Shown here one piece after another: positions 9,412 to 18,156 of a DNA stretch of 64,000 nt; position 1 is the first letter of the stretch; each line of letters opens with the position of its first letter. A model generated the notes under the pieces. That model did not search any database. It saw only the letters and a list, made by a program, of their open reading frames with translations, and was not told the origin of the DNA. Source of the stretch: a bacterium (GTDB lineage: Bacteria > JAHJDO01); the NCBI GenBank assembly GCA_043824255.1, contig JBDRTG010000047.1, forward strand, positions 265,032 to 329,031, read 5' to 3'. The position numbers were made by a program, and so were the translations under genes.

Positions 9412-11739
9412 TTATCTAAGATAATAACTGGAAATTATAATATCTGCATTTTTCTCATTAAAATTCTTCAGGGCATATTCTCTTGCGCAAGAACTCAAAG
9501 CTGCTCTTTTTTCTTCATTTTGATAAACCTCATCTATGGAATTCACAATATTCTCTACTGTAGGTTTTATCAATATTCCCACTTTTTGAGTTAGTGCCTC
9601 CATTATACCACCTCGTTTTGAAGCAATTACAGTCGTGCCACAGGATAAGGCTTCCAGTATAATCCGGCCATAGCCTTCTTCATAAATCGACGGCACTATT
9701 ACAATATCTGCCGCATTGTAATATATATTTAAATCCTTATTATTCACTTTACCTTCAAAGATCAGCCTATTATTGCATTCAGCTTCTGTTCTTAACTCAT
9801 CTTCCAGCGGTCCATCACCAACAATCGAAATATATATATTCTTTTCCAATTTTCTTGAAGCTTCAACCAATAGTCTTACTCCCTTTATCTCCAGAAGTCT
9901 TCCAACAAACAAAACAATGAATTTCCCTTGCCAATTCAATCTGTTTTTACACTCCATTTTATCCATAGGCCTAAAAACTTTCTGATTTACCCAATATTTA
10001 TATACTCTAATCTTGTTCTCCTTAATACCTATGTTAACTAACTCTTTTTTAGACTGTTCAGAAATAGCCAATATGCAGTCAAATGAGGAAAGAGTATGCT
10101 TTATAACTATGCTAAATAAAGAGGGATGCCTGAAATTATATATAGCGTGTGTGCTCATTACTATCTTTTTTCTAAACAAGATCTTGAAAATTTTAGCAAT
10201 AAAAGAAGCAAGCATGCCGTGTGAATGAATAACACTGATTTTATTTTTATGCTTCATCATGAAGAAAAAAGATTTCAGGAAGATTCCAGGAAAGAGATAC
10301 ATCATTACAAGAAAAGGATGTTTCTCTAATTTATGGAATAGATTGTAACCATACCATCTTATCCTGATTATCTTGACTGATCCTCTTTTCTCAAAGCTCT
10401 TGCCTATTGCCCTGCTCGTTAGAGGCTGGTAGGTTATAACGTATGTTTTTAGACTTCTCTCTGAAAGCATATAACATAGATCATCAAGATGTGTCTCCAC
10501 TCCTCCTATGTTTGGACTAAAAAAAGGACTGATTAACATAATCCTTTTTTTTATTTCTTCATATTCACTAAAAAGTTTTTGTTTGTAGTTTAAAGAAAGC
10601 CTTTCTGTAATCTTTTTAAAATTCAACTTATCTTCAGCATAAACTCTGGAGTTATGAGAAAACTTTTTTTGCAAATCAGTATCGTCCAAGATTTTTTTTA
10701 TGGCAGTAGCAAATTCATTTAGCGAATCATGAGAAGTTGCAATTCCACAATTCCCCTCCACAATGACATTTTTTATTTCTCCAACCGCATTTGAGACAAT
10801 AGGTCTTCCGCAAGAAATATAATCTCCAAATCTTATTGGAAATCTGGCTCTCTCTATTATGTTATCCTCCATTGAGAGAAGCAGGATATCTGCAGAGCCT
10901 AAATAAAATGGAACATCTGTTTGCTTAACCTCTCCAACTAATATCAAGTTGTTACATATTCCTTTGTAGTTATTTATTATTTCTTTTTCGGTATCACCCA
11001 GTCCTCCAACCAACATAAGTTTGATGCTTTTATCATATGTAAGCACGAGTTTAAATGCCTCCATTAAGAATTCCATTGTGTTCCCCATGTAGGTATGTCC
11101 CATAGACAAGAGAATCTTTGCGTTTCTGTCTGCACCTATTTTTTTGCGCGCTAAATACTTATCAATCGGCTTTATTTCTTCCAGATTAGCCCCATTCGGA
11201 ATTTTCACAACCTTTCTAGCGTCAATACCAATTTTATAAGCCCCTCTCTCAAGAAAAGAACTTACTACGGTTACCATATCAGCAAGTTTGGGAATATTTC
11301 TTTCAAAATAGTCTAATATATAATTGACAATGGCTGGGTGATAACCTCCAAAACCTCCAGCCCATGCATCGTCCCAGTCAACAACGATTTTTTTATACGG
11401 TTTGAATATTTTTGCAAATACTGTTGGAATGGCAGTTGTAGGCTGAGCAATAGCAAAGGAATGGAGAATATCATATCTGGAATAGAGGACAATAAAACAG
11501 TTAATTATGGCTCTTAATAGATGTCCTGTATGATATTGATGAAATTTCACCCGTGGAAGAGTAATTATAGTAAAGTTTTTTTCGATATGTTTTTTTCGTA
11601 TAAAAAAATCTATGTTCTTTTTGCTTGCGCAAACAAGAGTTACTTTATGCCCCATTCTTGCAAGATTTTTGCCAAGGTAAAAACATCTAAAGTATGTCCC
11701 GAAATTCTCAAAGTTATGATTTAAAAATAGAATATTCAT
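9412..11739 (-). CDS. Tandem double GT4 glycosyltransferase (two GT-B modules)
   Basis: Two complete GT4 modules (RFPIRFGDYISCGRPIV; SPNIGGVETH..FVGRLLEIKG..EEGYGRIILEALSCG). Start moved to MNILF (11739), which forms an ATGA overlap with the upstream stop. Confidence 0.88.
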   Translation of the reverse strand: MNILFLNHNFENFGTYFRCFYLGKNLARMGHKVTLVCASKKNIDFFIRKKHIEKNFTIITLPRVKFHQYHTGHLLRAIINCFIVLYSRYDILHSFAIAQPTTAIPTVFAKIFKPYKKIVVDWDDAWAGGFGGYHPAIVNYILDYFERNIPKLADMVTVVSSFLERGAYKIGIDARKVVKIPNGANLEEIKPIDKYLARKKIGADRNAKILLSMGHTYMGNTMEFLMEAFKLVLTYDKSIKLMLVGGLGDTEKEIINNYKGICNNLILVGEVKQTDVPFYLGSADILLLSMEDNIIERARFPIRFGDYISCGRPIVSNAVGEIKNVIVEGNCGIATSHDSLNEFATAIKKILDDTDLQKKFSHNSRVYAEDKLNFKKITERLSLNYKQKLFSEYEEIKKRIMLISPFFSPNIGGVETHLDDLCYMLSERSLKTYVITYQPLTSRAIGKSFEKRGSVKIIRIRWYGYNLFHKLEKHPFLVMMYLFPGIFLKSFFFMMKHKNKISVIHSHGMLASFIAKIFKILFRKKIVMSTHAIYNFRHPSLFSIVIKHTLSSFDCILAISEQSKKELVNIGIKENKIRVYKYWVNQKVFRPMDKMECKNRLNWQGKFIVLFVGRLLEIKGVRLLVEASRKLEKNIYISIVGDGPLEDELRTEAECNNRLIFEGKVNNKDLNIYYNAADIVIVPSIYEEGYGRIILEALSCGTTVIASKRGGIMEALTQKVGILIKPTVENIVNSIDEVYQNEEKRAALSSCAREYALKNFNEKNADIIISSYYLR

Positions 11740-13259
11740 GTTTTTACTAAGAGTCCCAATCCCTTCTTTGTCCTGTCTAAAAAAGCACCCATTCCCTGGC
11801 CTTTTAAAACTCTCAGCATATTGCGTATTTGCCTGATATCCCACTTGATATCTTTGTATTTTTCTCTCAACCATTCACCTCTTGCCTTATCGCAAAATTC
11901 CGAGACGATATTGTTTGGCAGATTTTTATTGTTTACAACGAAACTATTTGCTCCATCAAAGTCAGACCAGTGTTTATAGGATAAAAGATTGCTTTTCTCC
12001 ATCTCGTCAAAATACTTAGTACCTGGAAATGGGGTTGTAATGCTAAACTGAACTGTGTCAACATCCAGCTGTTTTGAAAATTGCATTGTTTCAAGCATTG
12101 TTTCCCGTGTTTCTCCAAGAAGTCCAAAGGAGAATGTTGCGTGAGTCTTTATGCCCAGAGCTGCGCATAATTCTGCAGTCTTTCTTACCCTTTTAAAATC
12201 TATCGGTTTGTTTATATTCTTAAGTATGCTCTTATTTCCGCTTTCCACACCAAATTTCATACCTATACATCCACTGGCAGCCATTTTCTTTAACATATCT
12301 TCATCTGTTACCATTGCATCTCCCATGCAAGACCAGCGAATTTTAATACCTCTTTTCATTATTTCTTCACAGATACCTAGAACATGTTCCTTATTGATAG
12401 TAAATGAGTCATCATCAAAGTATATTTCTTTTGGATGAAATTTTTTTATTACATATTCCATTTCATCAACAACACGTTTTGGACTGAACATGCGATATTT
12501 CCCGCTGTCATACATTACCTGGTTCCATAGACAAAAATTGCATTTGAACGGACATCCTCTGCTTGAATGCATTTGAACAGTTGGGCGATACTGGCAAAAT
12601 CCATCCCAGTAAGCATTCTGAAAAACAGGATAAGAAGAATGCAGATTGACATTTGGAGAAACAGGAAACAGATGATAAGCTGGATATGGAAGCTGGTCAA
12701 GCGGGTCAATAGAGTTACCTCTTCCTCCATTTATTATTTCGCCTTTATTTCTATAAACAAGTCCTGAGATAGGTGACGTAGTACCAAGATTTTCGATCAA
12801 ATTAAGAAGGCTTAATTCATATTCTCCGAGAAGTATAAAATCAACCTCAGCAGAGGCATTCATAACTTCTTCTGGGAAAACAGTTACGTGAGAACCCGCA
12901 AGTATAATAATCGCGCCAGTATCTTTTTTTAATTCCTTAACCAATTTTAGATCATAATCTATGGTCGGAGTTGAGGTTTCAAAAAATATACAGTCAGGAG
13001 AACAATTAAAAACAAGTTTTCTGAACTCCTGAACATCAAGATTTAATGGTATTGCATCTATAACAAATACATCGTGATTATTCTTTTCTAATAATGCAGC
13101 GCAATATGCGAGGTAGAAAGGGAATGGAACATATTCCGGCTTATCGTTCTTCTTTTTTAAGGTAGAAAACGGCCACCTGCTTCCTGCGCGAACAAAATAT
13201 CTTTCGTTTTCTTCAGGTAAGTCTATACGACATGGAGGATTGGCAAGTAAAATTTTCAT
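11736..13259 (-). CDS. Cobalamin-binding-domain radical SAM protein, HpnJ-like
   Basis: RAGSRWP N-terminal motif, PFYLAY, GEYE; SRGCPFKCNFC; FDDDSF; FGVESG. Confidence 0.88.
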   Translation of the reverse strand: MKILLANPPCRIDLPEENERYFVRAGSRWPFSTLKKKNDKPEYVPFPFYLAYCAALLEKNNHDVFVIDAIPLNLDVQEFRKLVFNCSPDCIFFETSTPTIDYDLKLVKELKKDTGAIIILAGSHVTVFPEEVMNASAEVDFILLGEYELSLLNLIENLGTTSPISGLVYRNKGEIINGGRGNSIDPLDQLPYPAYHLFPVSPNVNLHSSYPVFQNAYWDGFCQYRPTVQMHSSRGCPFKCNFCLWNQVMYDSGKYRMFSPKRVVDEMEYVIKKFHPKEIYFDDDSFTINKEHVLGICEEIMKRGIKIRWSCMGDAMVTDEDMLKKMAASGCIGMKFGVESGNKSILKNINKPIDFKRVRKTAELCAALGIKTHATFSFGLLGETRETMLETMQFSKQLDVDTVQFSITTPFPGTKYFDEMEKSNLLSYKHWSDFDGANSFVVNNKNLPNNIVSEFCDKARGEWLREKYKDIKWDIRQIRNMLRVLKGQGMGAFLDRTKKGLGLLVKT

Positions 13260-13399
13260 ATTTTTTTACTCAAATACCTCATTCCCAATGCAATCCTTAA
13301 CACATACATTCCAAAGCTGAGCAAGGGATGGGACAAAAGCCTGAACATTTTTCCATTTTCAACAAACACTCCAAAAAATCTATACCAAAATCCCAATCC
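13256..13399 (-). pseudogene. Orphaned 3' end of a GT2 glycosyltransferase (diverged copy of the C-terminus of 14822..15682)
   Basis: Translates GLGFWYRFFGVFVENGKMFRLLSHPLLSFGMYVLRIALGMRYLSKKI*; 29 bp identical between 13362-13390 and 14979-15007; in-frame TGA directly upstream; its stop overlaps the ATG at 13259. Confidence 0.85.
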
Positions 13400-13412
13400 T
13401 CATGACCTGATC

Positions 13413-14801
13413 TCACTCCGAATAGGCTAAATCTATCAGTCCAAAAAGATAAATAGGAATAATTAAAATATCATCTTTCATTTCCAGAGTATTCTTAGAG
13501 ACAACTATTTTCCTTTTGCCATATTTTAAGCCCTGCATATCTTCTTTTGTAATTCTGTCTTTGTATTTTACCTCAATCGCCAGTTCCCCATTAGGAATCC
13601 AGAAGTCAATCTCTTTTTTATCCTTAAAATAATAGAACTCTAATCCTTGTTTGTAGAGCTCGCCGGCAATAAACGCCTCAGCTATCCGACTATCAAGTGA
13701 TGGCTGAAGATATTTTTGGTAAAAGCCATTAATTTCATTAGCTCCGGAGATAAAACTGTTAAATATCCAGAATAAAAAAGTATCAGTAGGATAGTATTTC
13801 TTGTTCTTTTTAAGAATTACCCTTTTTTGAGGAATATTGTAAAAAAGTGTTTCTACTAAAAAGAAAGAATCTGAAAAGAATCTTAAATATTCGGATGCTG
13901 TATTTTTGGAACCTAATTCTGCCTCTTCGGCTACATTAGCATAAGAGGTCTCTGATCCTAGAGAAGCGATTATTTTAGCTAATATTAACCGAGCGTGAAT
14001 TTCTTTTTTCCCATATTTTGCCAATTCGCTTCTCAGGGTATTTTTGTAAAGCTCTACCGCATCAAAATAAGGTTCTTTTTTAACAGTCAGATCTAATATC
14101 TTTAAAAAGCCTCCGGTTAAAAGAAACCGCTGATAATCCTTTTTGAGATTTATCTTTTTAATTGATAATTTTCTTATCATTTGTTTTAAATCACTAAAAG
14201 AACGAAGACGTGATGTTAATTTTAACTGAGGGTAAAAAAGATTAAAATAATCAAAGAAGTTGATCGGTAAAAACATTACATCTTTGCCTTTGCCCCTTCT
14301 CCCCGGAAGAAATTCTCCACTCTTTTTTAAGCTTATACTGCTTGAGCCGGTCAGAATTATTTTTGAATTATTAAAAAAATTGTTGTCAGCAAGCCATTTT
14401 ATGGCGTATGGCCAGTCATTTACCGAAGAAATTTCATCTAAAAATAAATAATTTGGCGAATTTTCTCCGGATTCAGACTGAAGTCCCTCTAAGAAACTTG
14501 AAACCAAATCTATAATATCCCTGCGAGAATCAAGGCAATCGCAATTAAAATAAAGAATGTTTACAGATGGAACTCTTTTTAGAAGCTTTCTGATCAAAAG
14601 TTTGATGGCCGTGCTTTTACCTGTCTGACGAGGGCCGTAAACAATATTAACCGCTCCATTCTCAAGTGGCAAATTTAATATATTCTGCGGCAGATACTTT
14701 ACGCTTGAAGCCTCAAACTCTTTAATCTTGGCATCCGCTTCTATTTCTTCTTTCTTAAACCACCATGGATTTTGGATAGTAAGAAAATCATAGTTAATCA
14801 T
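13413..14801 (-). CDS. AAA+ superfamily ATPase (AAA_14 / DUF4143-type)
   Basis: QNPWW N-terminus, Walker A GPRQTGKS, Walker B LFLDEI, LTGSS, TGGF, C-terminal EIDF..AIEVK nuclease-like motif. Confidence 0.88.
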   Translation of the reverse strand: MINYDFLTIQNPWWFKKEEIEADAKIKEFEASSVKYLPQNILNLPLENGAVNIVYGPRQTGKSTAIKLLIRKLLKRVPSVNILYFNCDCLDSRRDIIDLVSSFLEGLQSESGENSPNYLFLDEISSVNDWPYAIKWLADNNFFNNSKIILTGSSSISLKKSGEFLPGRRGKGKDVMFLPINFFDYFNLFYPQLKLTSRLRSFSDLKQMIRKLSIKKINLKKDYQRFLLTGGFLKILDLTVKKEPYFDAVELYKNTLRSELAKYGKKEIHARLILAKIIASLGSETSYANVAEEAELGSKNTASEYLRFFSDSFFLVETLFYNIPQKRVILKKNKKYYPTDTFLFWIFNSFISGANEINGFYQKYLQPSLDSRIAEAFIAGELYKQGLEFYYFKDKKEIDFWIPNGELAIEVKYKDRITKEDMQGLKYGKRKIVVSKNTLEMKDDILIIPIYLFGLIDLAYSE

Positions 14802-14808
14802 AATGACT

Positions 14809-14836
14809 ATTATGCCCTAATTTAAGTCAATGTCAA
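14809..14836 (-). promoter_or_regulatory. Sigma70-like promoter for the AAA ATPase, overlapping the GT2 3' end
   Basis: Minus strand TTGACA-16nt-CATAAT, 7 nt before ATG 14801; TGACT/AGTCA inverted pair flanks the -10. Confidence 0.5.
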
Positions 14837-15682
14837 TAACTTTAAGTAAAAAACTTGAACTTTATCTTTGCTGCAAAATTTAGCCAACAAATACCTTATC
14901 CCTACTAATATTCTCAATCCATACATTCCACCACTTAGCATTGGATATCTCAGCAATCTCCTCCACTTTCCATTCTCTACAAACACTCCAAAAAATCTAT
15001 ACCAAAAACCCAATTGCTTTCTTATTATCTTATCATTCTTTCCCCATTTGTTAATATATTCATTAACTGTCTTAGCATAATAAGATTTTTTATTTGTATA
15101 TCTTTTGAGATTAAACAGCCCTTCGTTGTGATATATTGGAGTATTTACTATATCTATCGTGCCAACTTTTTTGATCCTTCTATCAAAATCCCAATCTTCG
15201 GGACCAGTTAAACTCTCATCAAATCCACCAATCTCCATGAATTTATCTCTGCGGACAAATCGAACGCAATCTATTACTGTTGCATTATAAAAACTTCTTT
15301 CAAAGTCTCTCACCTTCACCCAAAATCCTTTACCGATTATTTTCTCCGGAATATACAAGGCAACATACCCATCTTTTTCGCATTTTTCTACACATTCAGA
15401 TATGAGATTTTCGGATAGTATCATATCTGCATCCAAATACAGAATATATTTCCCCTTTGCTTTCTCAATTCCAAAGTTTCTTTGGGCAGAGCGCTCAGGA
15501 CCGAAATTATAAACCCTCTCTGTATACTCATAGGCAATTTCTTTTGTTCTGTCTGTTGAGTTATTGTCCACTACGATTATTTCAATTTTGTCCTGAGGAT
15601 AAGTCACATTTCTAATTGACCTCAAACAATTCTTTATGTTTTTCTCTTCGTTTTTAGTTGTGATAATTACTGAAACATCCAT
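14822..15682 (-). CDS. Glycosyltransferase family 2
   Basis: VSVIITTKNEE, VVDNNSTD, RNFG, YLDAD, GPEDWD. Confidence 0.92.
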   Translation of the reverse strand: MDVSVIITTKNEEKNIKNCLRSIRNVTYPQDKIEIIVVDNNSTDRTKEIAYEYTERVYNFGPERSAQRNFGIEKAKGKYILYLDADMILSENLISECVEKCEKDGYVALYIPEKIIGKGFWVKVRDFERSFYNATVIDCVRFVRRDKFMEIGGFDESLTGPEDWDFDRRIKKVGTIDIVNTPIYHNEGLFNLKRYTNKKSYYAKTVNEYINKWGKNDKIIRKQLGFWYRFFGVFVENGKWRRLLRYPMLSGGMYGLRILVGIRYLLAKFCSKDKVQVFYLKLLTLT

Positions 15683-15712
15683 TAAATATGTCTGTCCTTA
15701 TTTTTTTCTTTT

Positions 15713-17191
15713 TCATTTTTTAAAATCCGTTAAATGCCCAAGAACTGATTTTACTGCGCGCAGTATAAAAATTATATCATCAAAGTCCCTTATGGAAGTT
15801 ATAGTTCTGAATATAAACCCGGGGGTTATGAAGGACTTGTAAAGTCCCTGTGTAAATTGCTTTACATCAGCATCTGTGAGAGGTGTTTTCATTACAGGTT
15901 CCTGCATGTCATATCTGTTCCAATCCAGAGTTCTCAACTGATTGCCTTTTTTGCATTCGTCAAAAAGAGGCGTTCCCGGATATGGTATTACTATTGTAGC
16001 TTGCAGTGTATTCACATAGCCCTTGCGAAAAAGCTCCTTTGCAAGCTGGATTGTCTTTAACGCATCTTCCCTGGTTTCCCATGGATATCCTATCATTGTT
16101 GTAAGATGCGGATGCAGGCCTGCTTTCTTAGCCATTCTTGCGCCTTCTGTTATTGCAGAAACCTTGAGGTTTTTATGTATCCTATCAAGTGTTTCCTGTC
16201 TTGCAGATTCAAGTCCGTAGAGTATAAACCTGAAACCAGCTTTTGCCATTAAATCATAATCCTTCTGTTTTAACGCGCCGAATCTCATATTACAGTTAAA
16301 TCTTATTTTTTTATTATATCCTTTCTTTATCATTCCATCGCAAAACTCCGTCAGCCATTCTCCAACAGGGAATGTCCCTGTATCATCCATAATCTCTTTT
16401 ATGTGATATTTATCAATCAATATTCCTATCTCATCCAGAACATGTTCCGGCTTTCTGGTTCTAAAATTCGGATAGAGCGTGGTCCATGAACAAAACTTAC
16501 ACTTCCCCCACCAGCAGTCTCTTCCTGCCATTATGTAAGTGCCGGGTGTCCGCTTATAATTGCCGTTCTTATAAGCATATAACTTCCACTTTGTTAAATC
16601 TCTGTCAATAAAGGGAATGGTATTTAGATCATGGTCAAGCTTGAATTTTCCTGTGTTTTTTATTTCTCCGTTTTCTCTATACCATATACCCGGTTCTAAT
16701 TGAATTTTGAATTTTGAATTTTGAATTTTGAATTTTTTTAGTGCACGACATAGGTTAAGGAGAAGGAAATCATAGTCTCCACCGGTCAGGATAAAATCAA
16801 CATTGCAGTTTTTCATGCTTTCTTCTGGTAATGCAGTCACATGATCGCCTACAAGGGCAATTTTGAGTTTTAAATTTTGAATTTTTAATTCGTTGATGAT
16901 TTTCCAGTGCTGTTTGACTACCGGCGTTTTTGTTTCCATCATTATCAAATCAGGATTTTCTTCAGCAACAAAATTTAGAAATTCTTTATACGTCTTCTTC
17001 TCGGCTATTCCGTCATACCAGATCACCTCATATCCAGCATTCTTGAGCAGGGTTGCAGCGCAGGCAGGAACAACGGGATAAATGTAGGTAGGACTGTGAA
17101 ACCATTGAAACTGTCTGTTCTGGGAAAGAAGAGGGATCAGTTTCTTGTTTCCTTTGCAGCTAAGCGGCGGATACGCGATGACTATTTTCAT
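15713..17191 (-). CDS. Cobalamin-binding-domain radical SAM protein (CX4CX2C variant)
   Basis: B12-domain-type N-terminus, GDHVT; GRDCWWGKCKFC; DDTGTF; YGLES; PYPGTPL. Confidence 0.87.
   Translation of the reverse strand: MKIVIAYPPLSCKGNKKLIPLLSQNRQFQWFHSPTYIYPVVPACAATLLKNAGYEVIWYDGIAEKKTYKEFLNFVAEENPDLIMMETKTPVVKQHWKIINELKIQNLKLKIALVGDHVTALPEESMKNCNVDFILTGGDYDFLLLNLCRALKKFKIQNSKFKIQLEPGIWYRENGEIKNTGKFKLDHDLNTIPFIDRDLTKWKLYAYKNGNYKRTPGTYIMAGRDCWWGKCKFCSWTTLYPNFRTRKPEHVLDEIGILIDKYHIKEIMDDTGTFPVGEWLTEFCDGMIKKGYNKKIRFNCNMRFGALKQKDYDLMAKAGFRFILYGLESARQETLDRIHKNLKVSAITEGARMAKKAGLHPHLTTMIGYPWETREDALKTIQLAKELFRKGYVNTLQATIVIPYPGTPLFDECKKGNQLRTLDWNRYDMQEPVMKTPLTDADVKQFTQGLYKSFITPGFIFRTITSIRDFDDIIFILRAVKSVLGHLTDFKK
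16700..16734. repeat. Perfect heptamer tandem repeat (TTGAATT)x5 within coding sequence
   Basis: Read directly; encodes KFKIQNSKFKIQ; second degenerate period-7 array at about 16859-16893. Confidence 0.9.
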
Positions 17192-18156
17192 TCTTCTTCC
17201 AGCCTTCTGGAAAGTAATCCTTTTATAAAAAAGATCCCGTAGGCAAAATGCGTAGAGATAATTCCCGGAAATACTAAAAGATTTCCGGACTTTACTGTTT
17301 CAAATGCTACTGAAATCAGATATATGCCAAGTATAATAAAGTACACAGATCTAAAGAAAACACAAAGTCCTGTAAAGAATGCTCCTGTTACTATTCCAGC
17401 AACAAGCAATGAAGGAACAAAATAGGAAAACTTTTTAGATGTCTGAGGAAATCTCTTAACAAAATAGCCCCTGTGTTTAGCATAACTGGTAACCTGTTTG
17501 AGATGTTCTTTAAACAAACGTCTTCTATGATGATACACCAGGGCATTGGGTTCGTATATTATTTTCTTTCCTAATTTTTTTGTTATCTCCAGACATAAAA
17601 CGGTATCCTCTCCAGGCCAGAAATTGGTATTGAATCCTCCTGATTGTTCAAAGATATTTTTTCTTACAATCAAATTACATGACGGAAAGTCTTCGACTTC
17701 TTTTCTTGTTCTTTTGATATATCTATAACTATATTCTCCACTAACAAGTTTTGATGAATATACCAATCCGCTGGCTTTTTGCATAACATCGTCCTTATCA
17801 GGAGTTATAGCAGGTCCACCAACAGCCGCTACTTCCGGGTCAATGAAATTCCGAACTGCATTTTTTAACCAATTTTTTGCCGGATAAACATCATCATCTA
17901 TGAATGCAACAATTTCTCCTTTAGCTTTTTTAACTCCCATATTTCTCTTCATTGCAGGGCCTGTCTCGCCTGTAGGAATAACGGAGACATCTTTGTAATT
18001 CAGGCTCACTTCTTTATCCGGCAGAAATATAATCTCAAATTCCGGATAGTCAAGCGCAAGACAACTCCCTATACATTCTGCCAGATATTCAGAGACATCT
18101 TTTGCAATTACTATTATTGAGACAAAAGGGTATTTTGAATCAGCTCTTTCTTTCAT
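17188..18156 (-). CDS. Glycosyltransferase family 2 with C-terminal transmembrane helices
   Basis: VSIIVIA, KRNMG, FIDDD, GEDT, hydrophobic C-terminus. Confidence 0.9.
   Translation of the reverse strand: MKERADSKYPFVSIIVIAKDVSEYLAECIGSCLALDYPEFEIIFLPDKEVSLNYKDVSVIPTGETGPAMKRNMGVKKAKGEIVAFIDDDVYPAKNWLKNAVRNFIDPEVAAVGGPAITPDKDDVMQKASGLVYSSKLVSGEYSYRYIKRTRKEVEDFPSCNLIVRKNIFEQSGGFNTNFWPGEDTVLCLEITKKLGKKIIYEPNALVYHHRRRLFKEHLKQVTSYAKHRGYFVKRFPQTSKKFSYFVPSLLVAGIVTGAFFTGLCVFFRSVYFIILGIYLISVAFETVKSGNLLVFPGIISTHFAYGIFFIKGLLSRRLEEE

Noticed and set aside
11740-11874. N-terminal extension of the double GT4
   Set aside because: Lies inside the upstream radical SAM gene; the ATGA overlap at 11736-11739 marks the true start.
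2630-17191. Calling the B12 radical SAMs BchE, HpnP or a RiPP cluster
   Set aside because: No chlorophyll or hopanoid genes and no RiPP peptidase/transporter in the window; the context is glycan synthesis.
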